Assembly (NCBI GenBank): GCA_964016885.1
Contig: OZ024743.1
Location: 271,808,001 to 271,872,000, forward strand
Direction: 5' to 3'
Source of the DNA: Eledone cirrhosa
Lineage: Eukaryota
DNA length: 64,000 nt
In this document: positions 1-14,040 of the stretch, one piece after another
Numbering within the stretch: the stretch's first letter is position 1
How the letters are laid out: every line of letters starts with the position of its first letter
The notes under the pieces: generated by a model
Seen by the model: the letters and a program-made list of their open reading frames with translations, nothing else
Told to the model about the DNA's origin: nothing
Databases searched by the model: none
Made by a program: the position numbers and the translations under genes

Positions 1-1028
1 TAGAAAATGTTGTCCTAATATCCTTGCGCATAAAAAAAAATTGGATGATCACTCTTGGGATACTTTTGATCATAAGTATGCCTAATCAGGGGTTTACCTG
101 AGAATAAACAAAAACAAAAACGAATCAATGACAAAAAAATCATTGGACAGATTTTATGGGTGAAATCAACAGGTAAAAGAGCCCTGAGTAAGATGATTGG
201 ATAACATCCATGAGCTTGTCTGGTCATGCTTGAGGATTCAGCCAGATCAGTTGGTAATGGTTGCTTATGACAGGACCCTCTGGAGGGAATGTTTGAGGAC
301 TCTGCCCCCCATGACCCTCTCAGGAATAATTGGGCAAAGAAAAGAAGAAGACGAAGAAGAAAGATCCTCTACGTGATTGCTTAACATACTCTCAAATCAT
401 ATGCTATCATTTTGAAAAATGTAAAAAAATATGAAGAACACATTAGATGATATAATCCTAATGACAAGTAACTTGTAAACATCTTTCAACTTTTATCCCT
501 CACATTTGTTTACAACCACATTTCCTCCAATGATTCTAATATACATTTTACTACCTTTATAATATGGATAGAGCTCCCAAATACACACACTCTCTCTCTC
601 CCTCCTCTTCCCACTCCGTCTCAGCTATTTTCTATCGATATATAAACACAAATACACTAGTGCACACATGTTTTCTTATCAAAGCACTCATTTCTTAGGT
701 GTCATATTATAACAACTTATATAATAATTTATATCCGTACATACATATATAACAAGTGGAGAGATGCTGTGCAAGCAGGGAAAAGCGGACGTAAAACGAT
801 GATGATGATGATGATGATGGTGGTAGAGAGTCAGGGCTTAAACAGCTGAGCTCTTGTCATTTTGAGAGCAAATTTCAGTGGAATTTCTGTCAAAATGGCA
901 AGAACTTAGTTGTCAAACAATGACTCTCTACCATTCTTACATTCTACTATCACAATTGTCAAGTATTTGGGATATTACTGCTGAATTATGATCTTACCAG
1001 TTTAAACCAGTATAATCCTGATATATAT

Positions 1029-1120
<92 letters not shown>

Positions 1121-1574
1121 GTGTGTGTGTGTGTGTGTATGCGCAGAGACATGGAAATACTCGGTTTTGTGCCTGAATGCGCGGTTAGCACACCAGGATT
1201 GAGTGAACCTAGTTTTCGTTAGAACATCATTCTTCGAGAAGGAAATCTCTGATGTATAACCTGCGTCTGTAAAAAAAAGCTATATTTAATTGATATCCCA
1301 TTTTTCACCATCTTCGTTTTGTGTTTCTCCCACCTAAGCCACCTAAGTTAGCTCCCTTTATTTTTCGTTTTTGCACAGAGCTGTGTAGACAACAAGTTAC
1401 TTCCCTTAGATTTCTTATATATCTATTTCCTTTTACCATCTTACACTTCATCGACCATGTTTCCGAGACTGTAGCCCTTTGAAATTTCAAGACGGACTTC
1501 CAGACAGTGTGAAATGCTAACTTAAAATCGATGAAATGAAAATTTAATGATACATTTTTTTATCTTTTGTTTTT

Positions 1575-2045
1575 TCTGGGCATGGATACATTGAAGCTCC
1601 GACGTCTGGCAACTGACTTGGTAAACACCCACAAAATTATTAACCATCTTGCCAACAACAACCCTGAGTACCTTTTTGATTTCCATGTGTCTAACACACG
1701 TGGGCATGCCAACAAAATCAGAAAACAGCACAGCTCCCATGACTTTCGAAAACATTTTTTCACGCTCAGAGTTGCTGAAGCATGGAACAAACTACCTGCA
1801 TCAGTTATTAGCTCAGATCAGAGAAACTGCATCCTTTAAAACCTCCATTCTTCCTGAGATTCGCCAACACTACACCTAATATTCCATCTCCATACACACG
1901 CACACATGTATATCATGACTCATTCACTATTCATTTCCCTGACATTTGTATGTTATTCTATGTACTATACATGCACCTTTGATGAGTTGTAGTGCACCTG
2001 AGCACTGTACACAATAATTTCATTATTATTATTATTATTATTATT
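1575..2045 (+). mobile_element. CR1-type LINE 3' end
   Basis: NTRGHANKIRK...RKHFFTLRVAEAWNKLP motif, then UTR and (ATT)n tail; tail copies near 4630, 27970 and 47720. Confidence 0.75.
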
Positions 2046-2049
2046 ATTT

Positions 2050-2820
2050 GTCTCATGATGAAAATAGCATCAACTGTTCTACTCCCTGGATGAAAGCCAT
2101 ATTGAGTTTCTTTCAGTTTAATGTTGACTCTTACTTTCATTTTGTTCAATAGGATAGACGAATATTTTCCCTGTCATATGAAGCAGTGCAATTACTCTGT
2201 AGTTTTCTCTTACCAACTTATCCCCTTTTTGTGTATAGGGAACACAATCATTTTTGAGAAATTTTGAGGAGTTTTTCCTTCCTTACAAGTAGTATTATAG
2301 ATCTTTAGCAGCATGTCAACCCTTTTGTCACCACTATTTCTTAAAACCTCTCAGGTTATTTGGGCTATTTTTGATACCTTTCTCCTTGTTATTTTCTTTG
2401 TGAAATCAACTTCTTTCTCACTGTTTATCTTTGATCTATTTTTATCTAGTTTCGGAGGATCTGGTAAGGTATCTAAAGCAGAGTCTTCATGCAGAAAAGA
2501 GTTGTTCAGATGTTTTTGAAAGTGCTCTTTCCATAGGTCTAAGATCTCACCTTTCAAGATGTATTTTTTTCCCATCTGAATCTTTGATAGCAGACAATAA
2601 TTTTTTAGGTTTCCCCAAATTCTGACTATCATGTTTTTAAAATCTTCCTTTAATTTTCTCATATTAATTTCTAGCTCCTCTACTTTCTATTTTTTCACTC
2701 CCTTTTTACCAATTGGTTTTCTGAACGCTTCAGCATGAGTGTCCAATGATGAGATTTTCAAACATTCGATCCTTGACTTTCTTTTCTGTTGGCTCATCAC
2801 AGTTATGATTCAACATTTTT
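2050..2820 (-). mobile_element. Degenerate RTE-like RT fragment
   Basis: KETQYGFHPGSRTVDAIFIMRQI; WKEHFQKHLN. Confidence 0.65.
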
Positions 2821-2849
2821 CCTTCTTTTAATACCATCAAGCTCTTGTA

Positions 2850-3490
2850 GGCACATGGCTTAGTGGTTAGAGCATTGGGCTTGCAATCAAAAGATTGTGA
2901 GTTCAATTCTCGGACCGGGTGTTGTGTTGTTTCCTTGAGCAAGACACTTTATTTCACATTGCTCCAGTTTACTCAGCTGTAGAAATGAGATGATAGGACT
3001 GGGTTCCCTATCATTCCACTGCAAAGTGGTCGTGGAGGTACCATGGCAAAAAAGCACCCAGCTCACACTGTAAAGTGACGTGTAGGCGCCACGGAAAAAA
3101 AGCACCCAGCACTCACTGTAAAATGAGGTTGGTGTTAGGAATCAAGCCAGAATCAGTTCCCGTATGAGCAAGACAAGGTCAGCCGACTGGACACTGCCCA
3201 CAACAGGACAACCCGTCTAACCCATGCTAGCGGGGAAGAACGGACGTTAAACAGTGATGATGATGATGATATATAGCTGTAGAAATGAGATGATAGGGGC
3301 TGGGGTCCCTATCATTCCACTGCAAAGTGGTCGTGGAGGTGCCACGGCAAAAAAGCACCCAGCACTCACTGTAAATGAGGTTGGTGTTAGGAAGGGCATC
3401 CAGCTGTAGAAATCAAGCCAGCATCAGTTCCCGTCCCACCCTTGCAAGCAGGGAAAAAGCGGACGTAAAATGAAATGATGATGAAATGAT
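2850..3490 (+). mobile_element. tRNA-derived SINE family 2 with RTE-like (ATG)n tail (copies at 37410-37690, 53850-54110 (-), 54190-54470, 59370-59610 (-))
   Basis: TGGCTTAGTGG A-box, GAGTTCAATTC B-box, CCTTGAGCAAGACACTT core, tail AAGCGGACGTAAAATGATGATG shared with the RTE elements. Confidence 0.8.
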
Positions 3491-4968
3491 GATATATATA
3501 TATATATATATATACATATATACACACATTCCTGTTGGTTTCATACAAATGAAATAAGTCTACGTTTGCAGAAGTCATGTCTATGTAAAATAATATGCTT
3601 CTTTTCTGCTAACGTATTGAGTACCTTATTTAACTGATTTTTCCTGACCCCCATCGAAAAACTATCCTTAACTTTATGCATACATGTGTGTGTGTGTGTG
3701 TGTGTGTATGTTTTTTTTTGTGGACCAAGAAACTCCCAGACTTCATGAAGACCTCTCTCTGCGAGAAGGCCACTTTGCAACTTTGTTTGCATCCTGATAT
3801 AGACCAGTTCTTCTTTTTGAGCAAATGTATTCAATGTTCAGAGAGTGGGATTGGCCCCATGCATAGCCTTTAGTTACTTAAAAAAAGCTTCAAGCACAGG
3901 TATCGCTTTATGTGACAATTTTTGCAATGCATGAATTGCTGGCCATAGGCAAGTCCCTAGCAGGACTAAGACGCCACGTCTGTGAGGCTCATGCTTAAGT
4001 ATAAAGCAATGGCATTACTCAAAATTGAGTTGCAACCATCATGTATGTATGTATACACAAACAACAGGCTTCCATACACTTCCAGTCTACCAAATTTTAC
4101 ACATAAGACATTTAGTGAACCCAAAGCTATAGTAAATGACACTTGCCCAATGGCCCACACAGTGGGACTGAACCCCAAATCACGTGATTGGAAAGTAAAT
4201 TTAATAAGCAAACATCCAGGCCTGCAGAATGAATAGGTATTTTAATGCTACAGGGAAATAAATTCTAGTGTGTTTTATTTGAGAGAAATGAAGTAACAAT
4301 GATGAACAGATGTTAGTTTTATAGATGATGTTGCTGGAGGTAGGACAACACAGAGCTGGCTAATGATGAAGGTGTTCACATCATAACCACATGGTTTCAG
4401 ATTAATTTCCACTGTGTGGCACTTTGGACAAGTGTCTTCTATTATAGCCCCAGGCTGACCAATGCCATTTGAGTTAAATTTGATTGAAAGAAACTGCAAA
4501 TCCTTGTTTGATATTAGGAAATTCAACCATCTGTAAAATCCATGCCAAAACTGGGCATCCAATCTGTCTAAGAGGACTTCAGCTTGGTCTTATACTATCC
4601 TCCAGTTCATAGAAAATGATGATGATGATGTAGTGCACCTGATGTAGTGCACCTGAGCACTGTACACAATAATTTTCATTTTTTTTATTTTTATGATGAT
4701 GATTATGATGATGATGAAGATGATGATGATGATGTGTCATCACCACCACCATCACCACTACAACCACTTAGTGAAGTTTATAAAATTTTATTGATTATTT
4801 TTCCCTAGACAGGCTGCTAAACAGTCTATCAAAGACGATGACAAATATCAATGATTTAATTGGATAATTAATGAATGAATTAATAGTTGATTAAAATATG
4901 TTGCTATGAGAGAAGTTTGTGATATATGTATGATTCTGTTAATTAATTAAAAACAATAAAAGACCCAA

Positions 4969-4997
4969 TTATGGTATGATTAAACCTACCATGGAGT
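4969..4997 (-). CDS. Putative terminal exon 16 of the multi-avidin gene (DSMVGLIIP-stop)
   Basis: Strong acceptor CCATTTTCTTTGCAG, phase-1 compatible, TAA at 4971-4969, AATAAA on the minus strand near 4790. No homology support. Confidence 0.4.
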
Positions 4998-6723
4998 CTG
5001 CAAAGAAAATGGCCTTAACATGCTTGTTGTTGTTTATTGTATTCTGTTAACTAAATTTGTCTTTAGGTGCAGGCATTGCTCTATGGTTAAGAAGTTTACT
5101 TCACAACCACAGGATTCTAGGTTCAGTCTCACTTTGCAATTTTGTAGAGAAAAACAAGTTTAAGGACTGACGATTGTAAAGATCTGGATTGCAACCAGCA
5201 TGAAGAAAAAGTCCTGGTAACTGAATATCTTCCACTCATCATTAGGAGTGGCAGTGCCCATGTTCATGGTTGAAGCAACAAAGCTGGAGGTGAAGAAAGT
5301 ATCATAGTATGTGGCGTCACAAATTAAAGATATATACCATCCTTTAACGGGAAAAGGGTTATCTCATCTAGGCACTTATCATCACTACGGGCAAGGCCAG
5401 CAGGCTCCAGCTGGTCACACCATAGCTCCTTCTAACAATGTTGTGTAACCCCTTAGCAGTTAAACCAGCAATATCTGGCCAGAATTCTCTCACCTCTTTC
5501 TGTTCAAACTGGCCATAACCAGCTACTCATACCAAACTTAACCCCTTAGCATTTACATTACTCTATGTTAAAGGGTTAAGGTATTGTTCTCAAAATAGCT
5601 AATATCAAAATCTCATAGATTGGACATTATGTGAGATAATTATGTGAGGTAAAGCCTTTACTGTGAAAATACAATAGTATATATAGAGTAATGTAAATAA
5701 TAATTGTTTCTACTTTTGGCACAAGGCCAGCAAATACCCCAGTTTATTACTGGTACTTTATTTTATCAACCCCATAAGGACGAAAGGCAAAGTTAACCTC
5801 AGCAGGATTTGAACACAGATCATAAAGGGCAGTAACTCTATGCTGCAAAGCATGGCGTCCGACCCTCTACTGATACTGCCAATCCACTGCTTTCTAAATA
5901 AATGTAAATAATAATTGTTTCTACTCTTGGCACAAGGCCAGCAATTACCCAGTACATTACTGGTTCTTTGTTTTATACACCCCGTAAGGATGAAAGGCAA
6001 AGTTAACCTCGGCGGGATTTGAACTCAGATCGTAAAGGGACGTAACTCTTTGCGTCAAAGCATGGTGTCCGACCCTCTACTGATACTGCCAATCCACCGT
6101 AAATAATAATGTTGTTCAAGGTGGAGTGCCAAGAGACATGACTTATAGTGTAGTTCTAGTAACAATTAGACTCGTGAGATATTTCATTACATCTCCTGAT
6201 TTTGAGATATATAGAAAATAATATAGAAAGACATGGAGTTGATTTTAATTGTACTTTAATTAGCAGAAACGATTAATTCAATTTAAATTCAAAATTCAAG
6301 AGATGCTGAAGGTTCTAATAAGATTATTTCTGCAAGAGAAGTTCCTGGAGTTCTGTTTTATTGATCAGCTATATCTGGAATGGAGAGTTATTTTCAATTC
6401 TGGTTAGATAATCACAACTATATCTCTATAGACATATACAAACATACATATATACATACATACACACACAAACATACATACACTCATATACGTACACACA
6501 CATACACATACAGCAGTATATATATCAACCTGTCTGGATTAAAATATGATTGAGCTTGAAAAAATACTCCCATCCATCCATCCACACATTCATTTATTCA
6601 CCCATCAATATATCTATTTCCTCACCAATCCATCCACACACCCATGCATCCAGCCACTTATGTATATATATATATATGAAAGTATGTGTGTATATTTGAG
6701 TGTGTGTGTGTGTGAATGTATAT

Positions 6724-6755
<32 letters not shown>

Positions 6756-7250
6756 GTTTGTATGTATATAAATGTATGTGTGTATATGTGTGTGAAAGTG
6801 TATATAATCAATCCATACATCCAATCTATTCATCTATCTATCCATTTACTTACCCAGTCTGAGAGATAGGGCATCTATCAGGATTATAGATACAATGTAT
6901 ATATTGTCAAAGATCTACCAACCATAAACAAGATCTTTCAGTAAATGGAGGTATGAAAAGATTCAACAACAGAATCTTTTATCTGCCCTTGATTTTCATC
7001 TGATTTCTGCTTCTCTTGCTTTATACTGTCCTTCTTTCTCTTTTTCTTTCTCTTCTTTTTGTTTATTAACTATAATGGCACTAGATACATACTTCAGTCT
7101 CTTATGGCTTATTAGTTCTATAAGGATGTTTAAATTGATTAAATAAATAAATACCCATCTATACCAAGACAATTTCATCAACCCATACAACATCCAGCTA
7201 TCCATTCACTGCTTTACATATCATTCCAGGTAACATCAAAGATACCTCAC

Positions 7251-7376
7251 CTTTGTAGAAGTTGTTCATTCCAGTGTGAAAAGATTTCCAACTGGTATCA
7301 AAGGATTCTGCACTCACAACCAATGACCACTGAGCTTTCAAGATGGTGGCATTGCTTGCTGAAGGGATACACTGAC
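7251..7376 (-). CDS. Multi-avidin gene exon 15: avidin domain B2, part 3 (GQCIPSASNATILKAQWSLVVSAESFDTSWKSFHTGMNNFYK)
   Basis: GQC, LKxxWxL and WKxxxxGxNxF motifs; canonical splice sites, 126 nt. Read-through of the donor would end at a TAG at 7198. Confidence 0.93.
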
Positions 7377-7758
7377 CTGAAGAATTATATACATATATAT
7401 ATTGACATATATATATTACATACATATACATATATATATATTGACTTGACAAATTATCAAAGTGCTGGGAGTGTTTGAAATTTGAAAACGTGAGAGTGCC
7501 AAACATAGAAAATAATTGTAATAAAAGTTGATTGCTACAAATGATAGTTGAGAAAGGAAAAAAGTAGACAGAAGCCCCAATGAAATGTGCTGGTATTCAA
7601 GAGACAGTTTTGAAATGCTGCCTATTTTCAAGTACACCATTATTACATCCCTTTGTAAACAGCAAACTAATTAAGGCCCACACTACACACATATATATGT
7701 GTGTGTGTGTGTGTGTGTATGTATATATAGATATATAATATATATATAACATATCCCC

Positions 7759-7792
<34 letters not shown>

Positions 7793-7847
7793 ATGTGTAT
7801 ATATATATATATATATGTATACATATATATATATACATATATATATG

Positions 7848-7892
<45 letters not shown>

Positions 7893-8058
7893 GAATTCAA
7901 AATGGCTAAGAACTATAATGTGGCAGTGGTCAAGTCAGAAATAATGCGATTGGTGCCTTACGGCAAGTGGGCTGGTTGCTAGAAAGCTCATATATATATA
8001 TATATATATATATAATATACGTATATATATACATATATATATGTATATATATATGTAC

Positions 8059-8091
<33 letters not shown>

Positions 8092-8109
8092 CATATATAT
8101 ATGTTTATA

Positions 8110-8180
<71 letters not shown>

Positions 8181-8209
8181 ACATATATATAAACATATAT
8201 ATATGTATC

Positions 8210-8273
<64 letters not shown>

Positions 8274-8306
8274 TATATATATACATATATATATGTATAT
8301 ATATAC

Positions 8307-8346
<40 letters not shown>

Positions 8347-8486
8347 CTTTCTAGCAACCAGCCCACTTGCCGTAAGGCACCAATCACATTATTTCTGACT
8401 TGACCACTGCCACATTACAGTTCTTAGCCATTTTGAATTCGTTTCTGGCGGGGATCATTTAAGAAAAATCTTCGTCCAAGTGAGTT

Positions 8487-8571
8487 TGTTTCCTGATGAT
8501 TCCGAAGCTCATGAATTGATCCTTGATCAGATATTTCCAAAAAGCGAATGAAACCCCATGGGGTAGAAACA
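8487..8571 (+). ncRNA. Hammerhead motif; second copy at 9191-9275 in a direct repeat
   Basis: TGTTTC-CTGATGA-...-GAAA-CCCCATGGGG-TA-GAAACA. Confidence 0.65.
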
Positions 8572-9574
8572 TAATTTTGGTATGTTTATATACATTTTTT
8601 CTTCTAACTTTAATTTTATACCTAATTGTGTATGGTTGACGATATATTTAATCGATTTCCAAGTGCTATTAGAAATTCTGAGTAAATATTCTATGGCTGT
8701 TGATCGCGAATAGATAGCTGTCGTTTATTTATCTATTGTTTCTTCATAGGTGTCTTTTAATCTTATAGCCTTGTTTAATTGTTTTTTTTTGTGTATGGTT
8801 GATTATGCTGATTGGGAGAGGAAATAATGTTTATATTTTATCAAATGATTCTATGGACATACTTTATTGTATATTGCTCTGATTGTTGATTATTTAATTA
8901 ATTAATTCGTCATTGAGCCACATCGTGAATGGTTGCCAAAAACATATATATATATATATATATGACTTTGTGTAGTTTATGTATATGTAAATCTTTATAT
9001 TTGATAATCTCCCATATGGTTGAGATGCAATTTAGACAATATTAGGCTGCACTTTCTAGCAACCAGCCCACTCGCCATAAGGCACCAATCACATTCTTTC
9101 TGACTTGACCACTGCCACATCACAGTTCTTAGTCATTTTGAATTCGTTTCTGGTGGGATCATTTAAGAAAAGTCTTCGTCCAAGTGAGTTTGTTTCCTGA
9201 TGATTCCGAAGCTCGTGAATTTATCCTTGATTGGATATTTCCAAAAAGCGAATGAAATCCCATGGGGTAGAAACATAATTTTGGTATGTTTATGTACATT
9301 TTTTTCTTCTAAATTTGATTTTGTACCTAATTGTGTATGGTTGACGATATATTTAATCGATTTCCAAGTGCTATTAGAAATTCTGAGTAAATATTCTATA
9401 GCTGTTGATCGCGAATAGATAGCTGTCGTTTATTTATCTATTGTTTCTTCATTGGTGTATTTTAATCTTATAGCCTTGTTTAATTTTTTTTTTGTATGGT
9501 TGATTATGCTGATTGGGAGAGGAAATAATGTATATATTTTATCAAATGATTCTATGGACATACTTTATTGTATA

Positions 9575-10174
9575 TCATCATCATCAACGTTTAACGTCCG
9601 TGTTCCACGCTTGCATGGGTTTGGACGGGGGTAGTCCCACTTGAGGCAAGAGTGATTTTCTTGCTCGCATAGGACTGTCTGGCAGGTTTTCTACAGTTGG
9701 ATGCCCTTCCTAACACCAACCACATTTACAGTGTGGGTCTGGGAGGTTTTTACCGTGTTGCCTACACGGCCACATTACAGCGTGGACTGTGTGTTTTTTG
9801 TCGTGACACCTACACGATCTCATTTGTTTCGGCCTGGATGGCGCGGCACCAACATAACTTTACATAGAACGGGGTGGTGTGGATGGGGTGGGGGTTGTGG
9901 TGGTGGGACGGGGTGTATTTTGTTAGAGATGCCTACTGGCAAGGCGGGTCTTCTCTATTACTGAGTACCGCCAAAGGTCTCGGTCCAGTGACATTGTCTT
10001 GGTGAGGTGTAAGTGTGTGAGGTCGGTGTTTATCAGCTCGTCCCAGGTTTTTCTGGGTCTGCCTATTCCGTGGCTACCGTCTATCTTTATTGCCCTGCAC
10101 TTTGTTATACAGCTATCATCCTTCATGCGCATCACGTGACCATACCAACGTAGCCTTCTCTCTAGTAAACAACA

Positions 10175-10180
<6 letters not shown>
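9575..10180 (-). mobile_element. RTE 3' fragment
   Basis: ERRLRWYGHVMRM...GRPRKTW plus the same tail as 37715-38720. Confidence 0.85.
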
Positions 10181-10216
<36 letters not shown>

Positions 10217-10420
10217 ATACTTGGGGAGGGTCATATTTGCGTAATATTGCCAGAATTAATAACAGAACACACTCACTGTTTGGTTGGTTTTCGCTTCTCG
10301 CTGTCTTTTATATCTGCGATCTAACTTACTCGGTCCTCAATGTTGCCATTGACTGACCGACGGTCAAAAATAATACAGATACAATATAGACACAAACACA
10401 TATATATAGTTTACATAATT

Positions 10421-10462
10421 TACATAAATCTTTCGTTGCACATCTGCAACATCGTCAGTGGT
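10421..10462 (-). ncRNA. Minimal hammerhead motif in the 3' terminal repeat of the Penelope-like element; related copy at 13940-13985 (+)
   Basis: CTGACGA-T-GTTGCA gatg TGCAAC-GAAA; stems I and III weak. Confidence 0.55.
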
Positions 10463-10733
10463 GTTATATTTTTTTTCCTCCTGTTGTGTTGTATGTCTAC
10501 GCCATTTTTTATTCAGTCTGTTTATATATTTATTTATTTATTTGCTTGTTTGTTTATTTTATTTTGTCTTCTTTGCGCATGCGTTTGCGTGTGTGTATAG
10601 TGTTATGTGTGCTGTGTGACTAGTGTGTATAGTGTTGTGTTTGTTGGGTGACTAGTGTGTGTTTATGTGCTTGTTGTTATTGTGCTTGTGTATGTATTTA
10701 TTTATCTTATTTTATTTTATTTTATTTACTTAT

Positions 10734-12499
10734 TTATACTTCTCTTAGGTCAGTGTTGTTTGTTTGGGTGTTGTTGTTGTTCCACTCATTCTTTCTGTTT
10801 AGCTTTGGTCTTCTAATTTCTATTTCACTGGCCTCTCTGATTTGCCTATCTGCTGGGTCATTCCTATGTTTAGATATTATTCTAATTTCTATGTTACCGT
10901 CATGTTGTTGTCTAGCATGTTCGTATAGTACTGACCCGTTTTTTCGTCCTTTTAGTTCCCCCCAGTGTTGGTCTATCCTTTCACCTATGCTACGAGCTGT
11001 CTCACCTATGTATGTTGTTGTCATGTTTCTGCAAGTACCCTCTGTACATCTTATGCTATAGACTACGTTTCTAGTTTTACAGTTTATCCGGGGGTTCACC
11101 TTACATATGATACATTTCCTATTGGTACAGTGGGTTTTCTTAAAAGGGTAGGTTTTGCTGATCAGGGATTTTATGGTGGTTCCTGGCTTTTCTACCACCT
11201 TTATTTTTAAGTGGGTCTTTCTCAGGGCCTTTCTACACTGGTTAGCTAATTTCCCTCCAGGGGTGGCGTCCACAAACATGACACTCTGATATCTCTGGTT
11301 GTCGTACCATGATGTGGCCTTCCCTATCTTATGTCTAGCCCTATCTAAGCTATTCCATGATTTGCTCCTGTATAGTGGGCAAATTCCTTTCATGTCCAGT
11401 TCTATGAGGGTCTTATACTTTTCCATGGCTCCTTCGTATACTCTGACTCTGTCTCTTTGGTTGTAGCCAGAGAACTGCATGCGGTTGATGAAGTGTTGGA
11501 TGTGTCTTTCCATTTCTGTTGGGTCGCACATGCTGGACACATTCTTCATCACTCGTACCAAATCTGCGATCAGAATATTAAACTTAGCACTACTGGACAT
11601 TGCTGAGTTTTTGAGTATCAGGTATTTGGAGGCCATGGGTTTAGCATAGTGTGAGTGGAGAATTTGGGCTCTCTCGTCTATAGTGTTAATCCAGAGTTCT
11701 GTGTCTAATACAGGTAGTCTATTGTTAGGGTGTTTGGAAGGGAAGTCGATAGTTACAGTTATACTCTGGTGTATGGAATTAGCTATCTGCTGGATGCTTT
11801 CCATCGTGCTACGTTCTAAATCAAACTTGTTAGTGCTCTCTAGTGGGGGTGTTCTTATAACTATATTGATATCGTCTACATAACGAGAGTACATGATGAG
11901 GTCTATGGAGCTTTCATTAAGGAGATCTTTAAGTCTCCTTTCCCACCATACCATGAAAAGGTTGGCAACATCACCAGCTATGCTGACGCCGATGGCTGCT
12001 CCCTCATTTTGGGTGTAGATTTTCTCATTGAACTTAAATATGTGGCCCTTTAGGGTAGTTTTGATACTAGCCCCTATTGCATGTGCGACCATTTTTCTTA
12101 CCTGATCAGTGTTTTGGGGGGTCCGTATAGCTTTGGTCCACCCAATCCACCTTCCTATGGAAGTCTTTTTTGCCATTGAGGTTATGGTGGGGGGGGTCTA
12201 CCTCTTATAGGTCTACTAGGGCAGAAACATCTAAGGTCATGGCTGTCTAGGTAGTCAGTGTCGTAGGTAAGTCTAAGTAGGAGGCCCAGTTCGTCTGTGT
12301 CAACGTCACAGAACTCCACCTCACTCTCAATGATCATCTCCACACATCTTTTCACAGCAAAATCAATGTTAATGGATGGGTACAGTGACACCACGTCCAT
12401 GCTGCCTATTATGCAGTTGGATAGGCTCCTGTTTTTGTTATATATATATATGAAGGATTCGGGACCTTGATAGCTGACCTTGATAGCATGCCATTTCAA
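10734..12499 (-). mobile_element. Penelope-like retroelement, 5'-truncated: reverse transcriptase + GIY-YIG endonuclease, frameshifted near 12180
   Basis: SMDVVSLYPSI, GAAIG, RYVDD and LDTEL RT motifs; CxxxxCxxC followed by VVYSIRC...YIGETARSIGERIDQH...H...R...E GIY-YIG signature; frameshift near a poly-G run at 12189-12197. Confidence 0.93.
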
Positions 12500-13165
12500 C
12501 AGCTAGATCTGAACTGTTTGGATCTAGCTGCTGAAATGTCAGGGTCCCGAATCCTTCATATTACTCGCTCTACTACCCCAAGTATTGAGTACTCTGGTGA
12601 GTAATGGTCTAACTGGTTTTTACTGCATCAATTCTGATTTACCTATATATATAATACATGCACATTTTAGACACGTAGACCAGTTAGGGAAGAACACATT
12701 GATTATTTGCTTTTGTTTTGAACTGTTTTTATTTCACATTTGAAAATAGGGTATTAGCTCTGAAATATCATGTTGAAAGATATTGAGTATAACATTACTT
12801 TGTTTTGCTTCATTTATCATTCTTTACCCTTTATATATTTCTACTGCGATATACCAGCTTTTTGAAACTTTTCAGTCATTTATTTTATGCATAGAGAGAT
12901 AAAAAATGGATTTGATTTAAAAACTTTGGTTCATTCAGTATTAAATATTTATGCTCTGCAGCCCTTAACATCTTCAACTGAAAGTTGTATACCTTTGATT
13001 AAACTTGGATTCCTTACTTTTTACCTTAAGTGCACATTGAACTTTACAGACCCATCAGAACAAGGTATGGAGTGGCCAATTCTTGCCAGACATGTCTCTT
13101 GAAGCAGACAACTCATATCTGACTCATGCAAGCATGGAAAAGAAGATGTTAAACCATGATGATGA

Positions 13166-13211
<46 letters not shown>

Positions 13212-13259
13212 GAATTTGTTTTGCAAGGTTTTTGATATGAAATCGTGTGTTGAAACAAA

Positions 13260-14040
13260 TATTGTTATACTTGGAGAGGGTCATATTGATATAATAATAT
13301 TGCCAGAAATAATAACAGAACACACTCACTGTTTGGTTGGTTTTCGCTTCTGTATCTTTTATATCTCCATAGTTAATTTATTTGGCAATCAGTATTTATC
13401 ATTGATTGACCAACGGTTAAAAATACAGATATAAATATATATATATAGTCTATCAAAGTTCTTTCGTTGCACATCTGAACACAAATGGTTCAGTACTATA
13501 CGAACATGTCAGACAAAGGCATGACGGTAATATAGACAACATAGAAATTGAAATAATATCTAAAAAAAGAAATGATCCAACAGGTAGGCAAATCAGAGAA
13601 GCAAGTGAAATAGAGCTTAGAAAACCAAAGTTAAACAGAAAAAACGAATGGAATAACAACAACAACCATATCCCAACAAACAATACTGACTTAAGGGAAA
13701 TATAAATAAATAAATAAATAAATATATACACAAGTAAAATAACAACAAACACATATAAACACACACTAGTAAACAAAGATAGAATACAAAAACCAAAACA
13801 CATACACTCAAACGCGAATGCACACACCAAACATTATACACACATGCAAACGCATGTGCAGAGACAGAGACAAAAATAAATAAATAAAATAAAATTGGCT
13901 TAAACAATACAATACAATAGGAGGGAACATGATACTAGTACCACTGATGATGTTGCAGATGTGCAACGAAAGAACTTTGATAGACTATATATATATATAT
14001 AGTCTATCAAAGTTCTTTCGTTGCACATCTGCAGCATCAT
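13260..14040. mobile_element. Second Penelope-like terminal fragment: direct copy of 10210-10450, then an inverted GIY-YIG C-terminus/3' region, ending in a palindrome
   Basis: 13480-13700 encodes GSVLYEHVRQRHDGN...NDPTGRQIREASEIELRKPKLNRKNEW on the + strand, homologous to the end of the 10734-12176 ORF. Confidence 0.8.

Noticed and set aside
2850-2930. tRNA-like sequences with A and B boxes (also near 21150, 37410 and 54190)
   Set aside because: They are SINE heads joined to conserved SINE bodies and do not form a full cloverleaf.
7597-8403. YIYI/CVCV/HHH/DDD/FYFY ORFs here and throughout the ORF track
   Set aside because: They are translations of (TA)n, (CA)n, (GAT)n, (GGT)n and (TAAAAA)n microsatellites.
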